A stretch of DNA of 64,000 nt. Source: Antedon mediterranea. Taxonomy: Eukaryota; Animalia; Echinodermata. The stretch is from the NCBI RefSeq assembly GCF_964355755.1, contig NC_092676.1, forward strand, positions 24,942,871 to 25,006,870, given 5' to 3'. Position 1 is the first letter of the stretch, and every line of letters starts with the position of its first letter. Of this stretch, positions 1 through 10,674 are shown one piece after another. Position numbers and translations under genes: made by a program. The notes beneath the pieces are model-generated. The model saw only the letters and a list, made by a program, of their open reading frames with translations. It did no database searches and was not told the origin of the DNA.

Positions 1-417
1 TACGGACGTGCATTCCCCCTAAAGCAGACTGTTTTTAATATTGATAGAAAACAATTATATTTTACACTTTATTTAAACATCGCACAGCCTGTATATACTG
101 TACTTTTCTAGTTAGGCCTCACATCTTGCTAGGCCTGCTAGCTTGGCCTGAATAGTGTCTAGGCAAGGCCTAGCTAGTGACCACCTCTGCATACTGTAGG
201 CAAACACGGCTAGCTACGATCTCTACGTATTTGGGGTCAATTTAAGGTCAACCTTGATTTTACGAATCCTTTGTTTTACGTACGCCTTTCGGTCCCGTAC
301 CGTACGTAAAATGGAGGTTCTACTGTACTTATATATGGTAATAGACCTAATGATTTTTGTATTAAACACAATTCAAAGAAATAAAAGGGCGAGTAGTGAA
401 ATACTGTACGATTAATG

Positions 418-556
418 ATTGGTTCCCACTTGGACGACACAACGCGACTGAGTTGACCAATCACAAGCGACAGTTCGGATGATCTATCGCATTATGATTG
501 GTCAAATTACTTGCGGTGCGTTACGGCCTTGTGTTGTGCCCAAGTGGAAATCCGGG
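418..556. mobile_element. MITE family 1, degraded copy
   Basis: GGTTCCCACTTGGACG...TTGACCAATCACAAGCG...GATTGGTCAA...CCCAAGTGGAAA. Confidence 0.7.
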
Positions 557-564
557 TTACTTAC

Positions 565-3500
565 GTATCCAGATATTGATAAAGCACATAATGCCCGCTG
601 CATTAAGTAAGCCACCTAGCGTCAAACGTCTTCCAAACTTTTGAATAGAAAACAAAGCACAACAAACAGCCAGACCTTCAATTATCCCACTCAGAGCGAC
701 TCCTAAATACACACTAATGTCAAGACTCTCAACACCGTAGAGGAAGCCGTAGTAAGCAAGACACACTGTACACCTATTTTATTTTATAAACAACAAAAAA
801 AAAACACAAAAATTACATTTTAGAAATCCCCGTAGGCTTACATAGAAACATATAACACACCTAATATTCACATTAGGTGCGCTGTGTATTACATTTTAAT
901 GTATATGACATGGAAAATGCCCACAACACGCACATAATTTGAATATCAGGTTTGTTGTGTAAGCACTGTTTATATACACCATACTGAAATACCGCAAGCA
1001 CATTATTTAAACAGTTCCAATTTTATAACAAGATGTCACAATTTATAATCGACACATTTCGGTTTAGTACCGTTTTTTATTACTTTATTAAGTACTTTGT
1101 TATCAACTAAAAACACCAGCAAATGGTAGAAACTCTATATAAATCAATCAAAATTGGTTTTTGTTGACATGTATCTTTTTTTTTTCTTGATATGCAAATA
1201 AACTGTATCGAGTCAATGTACCTTACCCATGGAGAAATAACTTATTTTAATTTACGCAATTCATTTTCTATTGTAAAAAAAAGTTACATTACCAACAGTA
1301 GATTAGAATCAATGATTTCTTTCTCATGTTTGGGTAACGAAAGATGTTAATGATCGCAGTCTTCCTTGACCACTCGCGTCGATGCAGATCCTGTAAGAAA
1401 GGCCTATCGTCCGTTAAAATAATAACACTTCATCGGTTTCAGTGTAGTAAATGGATCAAAGTTCATCAAAATAATATAACCCAATGCAAACTTGCATCTT
1501 AAGGTTTCAGTCCAATGCGAGATTTTATTCAGTATTTAGAGGCCACCAGCCTCAAAATACAATAAGTGTAAAGGCCAACTCAGACAGCGTCGTACGACGA
1601 AGCGGGACGAAATGTCTTGAGATAGCGTCGGGCGTAGTTTTTAGGTCGTCGCGAGAACTTTAAACATGTTTAATTCCCTCGTCCGACGCAGTCACAGTTG
1701 GCCTTCAAGCTTGGTTCCCATTGGTACGCAAAGCAAGGACGTAACGCAATGCAAAGTGGTTTGACCAATCTCAAGCAATTAATTATTCGAACAGTCGCGT
1801 GTGATTGGTCAACTCGCTTGCATTGCGTCTACGTTCCTGCCTTGCGTCCTAGTGGGAACCCAGCTTAAGTTACCATGAACATTGGATAGGTTATATTATT
1901 ATTATATGCACATACAATACACTTGGAAAGTGGTACTATTGTGTTTTTTTCTGTGGATATAAATATTAACTTTAGGTAGAACATGAGAGTTTGAGATATG
2001 GCGTGGAAGGTTGCATCAATCTCTTTCATCGGTGTGTATAAACGGCATATTACAACAAAATGAAAGATATCTCCAATATCTTCTCTATCGCATAATTTGC
2101 ATACACGTTCCCCGCGAGGAAGCTTCTAGTCTAACTGTAGTATCATCTTGTGGCATGGTTCGTCTATAATATCTAAATAACTTTGAAATTTAAGTGCAGA
2201 TCAAGATTCAATATTGGATGTCTGATTAGCTCGCCGAAACTGTCTTCAGACCTCAGACCAAGTCTAAATTGGTATTATTATTATTTTGATAAACTTGAAC
2301 TACTTATTGATGATTTTACTTCAGAAATCTTCACCCCGAACAAATTCATTTCAATACCTCCTACCTGTTGTATTTGGATCTTTTCAATAAAGCCTTCTGG
2401 GAACTCCTTTTTGTTCTTCTTGGCAATCTTTTGAAGAATTAATTTGGCTTCTTCTTGTCTATTCTGCAGCACAAGCCAACGCGGTGACTCTGGAATAAAA
2501 CTAATACAAAAGAACATATCTGAGATACTTAACTCATACTGTACATTGTATAAACAAATCTTATCGTAAAGAGTACATCTGGGTTTAAAATAACACACGC
2601 TGTGGATAGATTGAAAAGGATATTTTACGACTTTAAAATTCAGTTAAGGAATGTCAATTGATGAATCAAACGAGTGGATTAATTTCTAACAAGTTTTATT
2701 ATGTTTATTATTAAACCATAAAAGTATATGAATTTTAATTTTATTGTGGACTGATGTATTAAGAACCGCTGTTAGTATTCCTACAAGAAGTTACTTTGAT
2801 TCACAAGCCTTTGTTTTGTTTTTGTTCATTGTACATTGACTTGCTTCTAATTTTTTTTTTTTAAGTATAGTATTTTGAGAAAACTCGAATACTTACAAGT
2901 ACACTGCTATGACTGGTATTGGACACAAGCTGATGGTGAGATAGAGTGTCCTCCAAGATCTTAGAAAGAAGCCAAACAATGCTAGAAACAAGAAGCCGAT
3001 ACACCAGTAGAGGTAACATATTGTTGAAACCTTGGCGCGTTTCGACGGAGCCACTATCTCGTTCACTGAAAATATAAAGAAATAACATGAGTTTTACAAG
3101 CAGTAGTTATTCTGGTTTTCTAGGCCTATCAAAGCTTTTTCATCAGGCTACGGTGCATTAACGGTAAAGGCGAGTCCCTTGTTCATTTTGAACGTAGGGG
3201 AATGAGTTGTTAGGGGAATGAGTTGTTAGGGGAATGAGTTGTTAGGAGAATGAGTTGTTAGGGGAATGAGTTGTTAGGGGAATGAGTTGTTAGGAGAATG
3301 AGTTGTTAGGAGAATGAGTTGTTAGGGGAATGAGTTGTTAGGAGAATGAGTTGTTAGGAGAATGAGTTGTTAGGGGAATGAGTTGTTAGGGGAATGAGTT
3401 GTTAGGAGAATGAGTTGTTAGGAGAATGAGTTGTTAGGGGAATGAGTTGTTAGGAGAATGAGTTGTTAGGGGAATGAGTTGTTAGGGGAATGAGTTGTTA

Positions 3501-5842
3501 GGGGAATGAGTTGTTAGGGGAATGAGTTGTTAGGGGAATGAGTTGTTAGGGGAATGAGTTGTTAGGGGAATGAGTTGTTAGGGGAATGAGTTGTTAGGGG
3601 AATGAGTTGTTAGGGGAATGAGTTGTTAGGGGAATGAGTTGTTAGGGGAATGAGTTGTTAGGAGAATGAGTTGTTAGGGGAATGAGTTGTTAGGGGAATG
3701 AGTTGTTAGGAGAATGAGTTGTTAGGGGAATGAGTTGTTAGGAGAATGAGTTGTTAGGGGAATGAGTTGTTAGGGGAATGAGTTGTTAGGGGAATGAGTT
3801 GTTAGGGGAATGAGTTGTTAGGAGTACATTGTACTATTACTAAGCCTCGACATTATGTGTTTCCTTCCACGCCGCCTTTTCCTTCCTAGTATTTTCAACC
3901 AGGTACTCATTTACAGCTGAATAGGCTGGGAGATATGCACTTCGTTAGGCGATCTCTTGCCATGATGGGATTGATGTTTGAATTTCAATGAGGCCAACAT
4001 AACCCGCACCAGCAAAATTGAAATTTAAAATAACATCTTTACGATTGAATGTATTCTTTTACCATAAATGTTTATTGCTCTATATTTATTTATTTATTTA
4101 TTTTATTTTCAATCTTTCTATATAGCAAAAAAACAAACATATAAGTATAACAGGGGAGCCTAAAAGGAATCGCTGAAATGATGTCAAATACGACTAACCT
4201 AATAATGTTGGATTGTCTAAAATAAAAGTTTACCATAAACAAATGTAGCAATGTATGATCCGATGGTTGTAGCACCGTTTAGAACACGGAACACGAAATA
4301 AAACCAATACGATGGTGATATTGACAAAATAGTTCCAGTAACAACTTTCATAGTAAGGGCTATGATCATTCCACGTTTTCTACCGAAACTGAAGATACAG
4401 AAATACAAATATTATAGCTAGATTAATATGCTTATCTTGATGTACCGGTAAAACTAGAAACATGTCATTCGTTTAAAATGAAAGAATTAATGTAAGTAAT
4501 TAGACCAATCACAAACGACGGATCATCATAATGATTGGTTACCACTGGAGACGCAACACAACGACGTAAAGGGATTTGATCAATCACAAGCGATGGATTT
4601 ATTCGACTGCCGCTTGTCATTGGTCAACTCGTTTGGGTCGCGCTTACATCTTTGCGTTGCGTCCTAGTGGGAACCAAGTTTAACTCTCGTTTGCGTTGCG
4701 CTTTAGTCTTTGCGTTACGTCATATGGCAACCAAGCTTCTATACATGTTTTCTGAAAACAAATTTTAATCGAAAAAAAAAATATCTGTATTTACTAGTCA
4801 CTTATTGTTCCGAAGACAATCGACCCGAAGAAATATCCGAACAAATACGAGGATGCTGCTATTGACACCTTGTAGCGGTCTTCACATACCAAATCAAACT
4901 ACAGTATAAGCGTAAATATAAAAATTAAATGTCAATAATATCCTATAGACCTAGTGAACATTATAAAGAATGAATACATATCTCAATTGTACAAGTCATT
5001 GAATATTATTTAATAAAGCAATTATATGGATATTATAATATATTCAGTGGTATTTGACGGCAAATACGTTAGTCATCGCATTGCATGCCCATATTAGGAA
5101 GATTTGAATTGAATTCTCCGAGACTTGACATCTCTGAACAGGGTTATACCAGGGAGTTGTTATTAGTTGTTATTATTAACAACTCCCTGGTTATACTGTG
5201 TTGCTGGTTTCTCCAATCTAACAGCAGGATGCCGAGCTTCGGAGAACAAAGGGTGTTGTTTATCTACAACACGATCAGTTCCACACCCCGTAGCATACAT
5301 ACACCGCGTGCCGCGGAGAATATGTACGCAATACTGCTGCTGGCCAGGCACACACGATCAAATAAAGGTTACGTGTTCCTATTTTTGCAAGACGAAGTCC
5401 TGTTGTTAGATTGCTATGGTTTGCACAAGGCTGGCTTGGAATTTGTACAATGTCCGATAAAGATAAACATATAATACTGTACCTCCGAAACAATTGTAGA
5501 CTTATACTGAGATTGGTCATAGTTCCATCCATGTTCACATTTTACAACATGTGTGTCATTACCTTCCGTTGACGTGTACATTCTACATTTTGATTCGTCG
5601 ATAAATGCCGTACTATCATCGTCTTGCGGCAGTACCTGGATTTCTATACCGCATTCATAGACAGTGCAATTAGTTATCACATCGTCTGAAGGCTTACAAT
5701 AGTGATCCATTGAGCCATTTAGGAACACGGTACCTATATTGGACATTGTATGCGCTATAGTTACTAAACAAATGATATGCGTGAGCACAGCTTGGTACTT
5801 GTCATACTTCCCAATATACTTGAACACATCGTCGAAAATCAT
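565..5842 (-). CDS. SLC22-family (organic cation/carnitine transporter-like) MFS transporter, paralogue A; 3' exons lie beyond the window start
   Basis: Exons, all GT-AG and frame-consistent: 5483-5842 (360 nt, MIFDDVFKYIG...WNYDQSQYKSTIVSE), 4795-4898 (104, FDLVCED...GTISD), 4234-4388 (155, FGRKR...), 2897-3065 (169, NEIVAPSKRA...), 2365-2500 (136, FIPESPRWL...), 1293-1390 (98, ...FRYPNMRKKSLI), 565-773 (209, ...YYG...KFGRR...). SLC22 motifs STIVSEFDLVC, DxFGRK and PESPRW are present. An in-frame upstream ATG exists at 5992. Confidence 0.93.
1572..1704. mobile_element. Harbinger-type MITE (AGGCCAACT TIR)
   Basis: TIR AGGCCAACT...AGTTGGCCT preceded by TAA. It abuts the MITE at 1708. Related internal sequence at ~61015-61090. 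Confidence 0.6.
1708..1865. mobile_element. MITE family 1 (AGCTTGGTTCCCACTAG TIR, CCAAT-bearing, PIF/Harbinger-like)
   Basis: Near-palindromic and followed by TAA; same family as 8536-8714. Confidence 0.8.
3160..3975 (-). mobile_element. Reverse-oriented SINE-like remnant hosting the 16-bp minisatellite
   Basis: GGTAAAGG..TCCC at the left; CCAGGTACTCATTTACAGCTG..TCTTGCC at the right. These resemble the reverse complement of conserved-domain tRNA SINEs (recognised by eye, not searched). Confidence 0.45.
3195..3823 (+). repeat. 16-bp minisatellite (GTTAGG[G/A]GAATGAGTT) x ~39
   Basis: Direct tandem array with a single variable G/A position, in the SLC22-A intron between exons 3 and 4. Confidence 0.97.
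4500..4738. mobile_element. MITE family 1 copy plus flanking fragments
   Basis: Copy ~4535-4680 ends GTGGGAACCAAGTT; a second right-end fragment runs to 4738. Confidence 0.7.
5150..5189. mobile_element. 40-bp micro-transposon with 13-bp TIR and 7-bp TSD (GTTATAC)
   Basis: GTTATAC|CAGGGAGTTGTTA-TTAGTTGTTATTAT-TAACAACTCCCTG|GTTATAC. Confidence 0.7.
5230..5430 (+). repeat. Unclassified dispersed repeat family 4, copy 1
   Basis: Shares GGAGA..AAAGGG..TTTATCT..ATCAGTTCCAC..GCCAG..GTTCCTAT..GCAAG..GTCCTGTTG blocks with 19810-20090 and 58170-58370. Confidence 0.65.
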
Positions 5843-6027
5843 GTCGAAAACCGACAATATTATACCACGTTTGGTAGAGTTGTTATAAAACTTAGACTGT
5901 ACGCTGCAATGAATGATTTCAATTTGATCACAAGATGTGATATCAGTGATAAAGATTAATGATGTTGCAGTATGTTCAACCACGAAGGTCATGGTTTAAC
6001 ATATTCATATTTCCGGGTAGTCTTATA

Positions 6028-6034
6028 ATTTATA
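6028..6034 (-). promoter_or_regulatory. Candidate TATA box (TATAAAT) for SLC22 paralogue A
   Basis: TATAAAT on the minus strand ~190 nt upstream of the ATG at 5842, within the 591-bp intergenic gap. The background is AT-rich, so this is weak. Confidence 0.3.
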
Positions 6035-6209
6035 ATGAGAGGCAGTCAAAGCACATTACACTGGCTGTTGCCATTGGCTGTTGTCAACAACGCTTTTCTT
6101 GATGGCGATACCACCCGTGTTTTCACGGGCGAATGTACCAAGGGAAGCATATATACTATAAATTGACATTTTTTAAAGAAATAAAAATATAAAACAGTTT
6201 TCGGCTGTT

Positions 6210-6215
6210 TTTATT
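6210..6215 (-). terminator. Candidate polyadenylation signal (AATAAA) for SLC22 paralogue B
   Basis: AATAAA on the minus strand ~220 nt after the TGA at 6434. Confidence 0.35.
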
Positions 6216-6433
6216 TTATCTTGGCATAATTATGTAGGTAAACAATTTAGTAGAATTCAGTAGTAACAAAATTCGTATTACAAACAAGTGTAGGGCCTAT
6301 ATATAACAAAATAATGAAAGTTCTATTAATGGAAAAAGAGAATTTATGTTTTTGTAATATGCCCAAATTATTCTATTTGTTCCTTGTGGTAGGTAGCAAA
6401 ATTGGTCTATTAAAATAATGGCAGCTCATCTGT

Positions 6434-9400
6434 TCACATCTTTAGTGGTTGTAAGTGATGAACACCATCTTGTGTTTGTTGCCTAGCAATAATGTTTCTG
6501 TGAAAGAAAATTGATATTATCTGAAACAATAGCAATAACAATTGTATTGTATCTCAGATAGTATAAATCATTAGTAGTCTAACGTACCTAATTTGCTCGT
6601 ATTTAGCATGAAAATGCCAGCCAGATACGGATTATAAAAGACGAAACAGCAACTTACCTGGTCATCATCTCGGCTTCTTCTATTGTCTGCGGCAAAGGTA
6701 CATTTATTGTTTCAGGTAGAAGAAGCGCAAAAAGTCCAGCAGAAACTGACATTACGCTAAAGGTAACCAACGGAAGGTGTGTCCAAAGTTTTCCAAAGAA
6801 TAGGACTTGAGGCGCAAGCATACCGGATGCACAGGAACAAAAGGAACAGATTCCTACACCAATAGTCCTAGTAAAGTCAAGGTGGGGATAAAGTTTTGAT
6901 ATATGGAATAACGTGTTATGAGGAGAGAGATGACCAGATTGAAATTCGATTGGAGCCCAAAAATTATCAGATTATTATCATCAAATCCATTATCCGTTAT
7001 CTCAAATTATAAACAAATTATTATCAAAATCAAGGCAATATAATTAACGCCCGAAAGGTAAAATCTATTCTTGTACAGAGATTTAAAACGTGTTATTGGT
7101 GGTACATACGATTCAGTAACAATGTACACAAAGGTTAAGTCACATCAAGATTTATAATAACATGTGTTTTTTTTTTCATTTTGGTCCAGATATCTGTCAT
7201 TATGTCGTTTGTGTAAGTTACTCACCTAACATCTGTTGGAAAAAGTTCAGCTGAAAAAACGTATACAATTGCAAATGCAGAAGCAATAAAGAATTTTCCG
7301 AACATGGCTACGGCCGTCCTTAGTCCAACAAAACTCACGGCTAAAATGTAAAAATGTAAAATCTTAAATTAAAGAACATTGCGACTTGCGAAAACTTATA
7401 TTACAAAGCAACACAACTTCCATTACAATAGGCGACTTATTATAGAGTGTGTAGATTATTACAAAGTGCGTAAAGCCGATTTTCCACTATACTAGGCGAA
7501 TTTGTTCACGCGAATCGAAAACTTCAGCATATATTCATGTTTCCCTCTCTACGCTTGCGTATAAGCTAATGCTTTCGATTCGCGCGAACACATTCGCCTA
7601 ATGGAAAAATAGGCTTAACATATCAAAGTAACTTACGAATCCATATGTTGATAAAACATGCAATTCCACCTAGGACTAACGTTCCTGCTAATGTGTAACG
7701 CCTACCAAACTTCTGAAGAACAAACCACGTAAAAAGATAAGCAAAAATCTCGCTAACACCACTGAGGAATATTCCAATATAAACGTTGACTTTAAAAGAT
7801 TCGATGCCATACGTTATTCCATAGTAAACCAGATTGATCGTAAACCTGTGTAAGAACAGACAATTAGTTGTGAATCATTAAATCAGAAAATTTGGAATAA
7901 GTTGTCGTCGAGTTGAGGATCTAACACTACCCTAATTTATTTGTTTGATTTGTGATCTTGTGATGTACCTTATATAGGAACAGTACCTCTCATACTTTCT
8001 GTAAATTAATCAAACATTATCTTGTCTATTAATTTTATTTATATAAATCTAAATAAATTCCTCATTGTGAATGCACTATTACAACTTTATTTAAAATTCG
8101 AACTGTTTCAGGAGTAGCGTATAGAAATGACGATATTCCGTTGTCCTTTATAAAACAAATCTTGTAAAAAGCTAACAAAACGAATAACAAATGTACTATA
8201 CCAGCTGAAGGCTATGTTCAAAGTCTTCCGTCTCATGAGCGGATAGCGAATAAGGACAAGTGGGTTTGTCTTCCTTTGCATTTTCTCTTCGCTGTTCTAA
8301 GGGAAAATTTAAAAGGAAAAAAGAAGACCTCGAATACAATTGTGTTTGCGATCTTTAGCTATGAAGTTGTTCTACGCACAGTTAATAGAAGTATTTATTA
8401 AAAAATATCAGTTACATTTCCTTTGCTATCTTTGTGGCCACACGGACGACATAATAATCAAATTTAAAAAAATGTATTTTATCACAATAAAAATGTTAAT
8501 TAGGCCTATATATTTTTAAAATACAAACAACGTAAAGCTTGGTTCCCACTAGAACGTAACGCAAGGACTTAAACGCAACGCAAGCGTTTTAACCAATGGC
8601 AAGCGAAGTTATAGACAGTTAGCAATCACAAGCGAATAAGCCATCGCTTGTGATTGGTCAATTCACTTGCGTTGCGTTACGTCCTTGCGTTGCGTCGCTA
8701 GTGGGAACCACGCTTAACTGTCATACTTCATTATCTTCTAAAAGTTCAAGTGTCTCGTCTGGTATCTTCTTTTTCTTATTTACTTTTGCAATTTGTTGAA
8801 GAACGCGCTTCGCTTCTTCTTTTCTATCCTTAAGAATCAACCAACGAGGAGACTCTGGAATAAAACTAAAAAGGTGGAATTATAGCAAGTTTAATTCTTT
8901 CAATCATAATAATTATACATAATATAATACATATAATTTATGTATACAGTGTTTGTATTTCGTTATGTACTTTTAAGAACTACTACTACTTTTGTAATTT
9001 TAATTTTGATACTATTTGATAATAATAATATTTTGATAATTTTGATAATATTTGTCTTCCATGTATCTCTTGGACCCCTTTGGAAACAAGTTATTATTAT
9101 TATTATCTTAATACAGGTTAGTATGGTGATTATATATAGGTTTGATTTTCATATCTTGCTGTTTGTTATTTGTATATGAAATGAATGAATATAGAATAAA
9201 GTATAAACACGATGTATGACAGGGTAATATATAACAATCAAGGACAAAAAAGAACGTAATAGTAGCCAAATAGAAAAGAGATAATTAGTTTAAGTATACA
9301 TACTCACAAGAATATACTTAGAAATGGTACAAATACTAAGTTGATAACAAGAGTAAGAATATTCCAGGACCTGACAAAATAGGCCATGACAGCAAGCAGC

Positions 9401-10637
9401 ATGTAACCGAAGCACCAGTACACAGTGACTAACGTGGCCACCATTGCTCGCTTGGAAGGACCAACAATTTCAGTTACTGAAGAAAAAAAAATTCAAATTC
9501 AATAGAATTGACCAAACTGACTCACAATACGACAATGAGGATGGCAGAGTAGGACAGTGTAACGTGGAGGAGAGTAAAAATTATCTACGGTGCCCCAACA
9601 ACCCCTAACGGGCAGAAAGTAAAGTAATTCAACTGAACAGTTTCCAGCTTTTGTCACTAACAATGATAATAGAGAACTGTGTCTCCGCATGTGCACTAGG
9701 AAACATGAATAACTACGTCATAGTTTAACTCAGAAGCTCGCTATTGAGAATATAAAAAGTTTCTTTGACATTTGTAAAAAGGAAGTCACTAACCGTATAC
9801 AAAGACAGGTATGTAGGTAAATATACATCCACTTATGAAACGAAGGATAGCGAATGTCCAATAGTTTGGAGCTATTCCAGTCAGAATGCCAATAATAAAT
9901 TTCAAGCAATATGATACAACTATCGTCTTCTTTCTTCCAAAACTAGAAAATGTTAAAAGAAATTTGTAATCGTCAATCGCATCATTAACTTGTTTCGGTA
10001 CCGGTAATCCGGTACTGCCGTACAGTAACGGTACTGTAGTACAGACCGGTATCGCATCATTATCTAAACAATGTTGTAACATTTTCTAGCAGATCTAATC
10101 ATCTTCTAAGTTTTCTGAGATGGTACCGTAAGTACAGTACCGGTACCATGGTACAGTACCGATACCGTAGTACAGTACCGGTATCACGTCATTATCTTAA
10201 CAATGTTGTAACATTTTCTAGCAGATCTAATCGTCTTCTAAGTTTTCTGAGATGGTACCGTAAGTACAGTACCGGTACCGTAAGTACAGTACCGGTACCG
10301 TGGTACAGACCGGTACCTCTCCCAGTCAAAATGGGACATGTTCACTTACTAGTCACATACAAATCCGCAGAGAATTGAACCAAAGAAACTGCCGGCATTA
10401 ATCAAAGAAATTGACAGAGAAACCTTGTAACTGTCTTCACAGACTAAGTCAAACTGTAGAAACAGAAAGAAATTGTATAAAATAAAGACTTTCATAACAT
10501 TTAAAAATAACTATAGTAATAGATTAATCTGCATTTTTACGAGTTCGATCATCTCAATACAAAAATAATATATTTAAATTTAAAAAAAACGTTTGTCCTC
10601 TTGTTGTGTTTGTGTTGTCCTGTAGCGTAATTGTGTA

Positions 10638-10674
<37 letters not shown>

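Noticed and set aside
3195-3823. Telomeric repeat or CRISPR array
   Set aside because: The unit is 16 bp, not (TTAGGG)n. There are no unique spacers or cas genes in this or any other array, and the context is eukaryotic.
5085-5538. Cluster of overlapping 60-130-aa ORFs
   Set aside because: They fall in a locally GC-richer repeat (family 4) in SLC22-A intron 1 or in off-frames of exon 1; no domain similarity.
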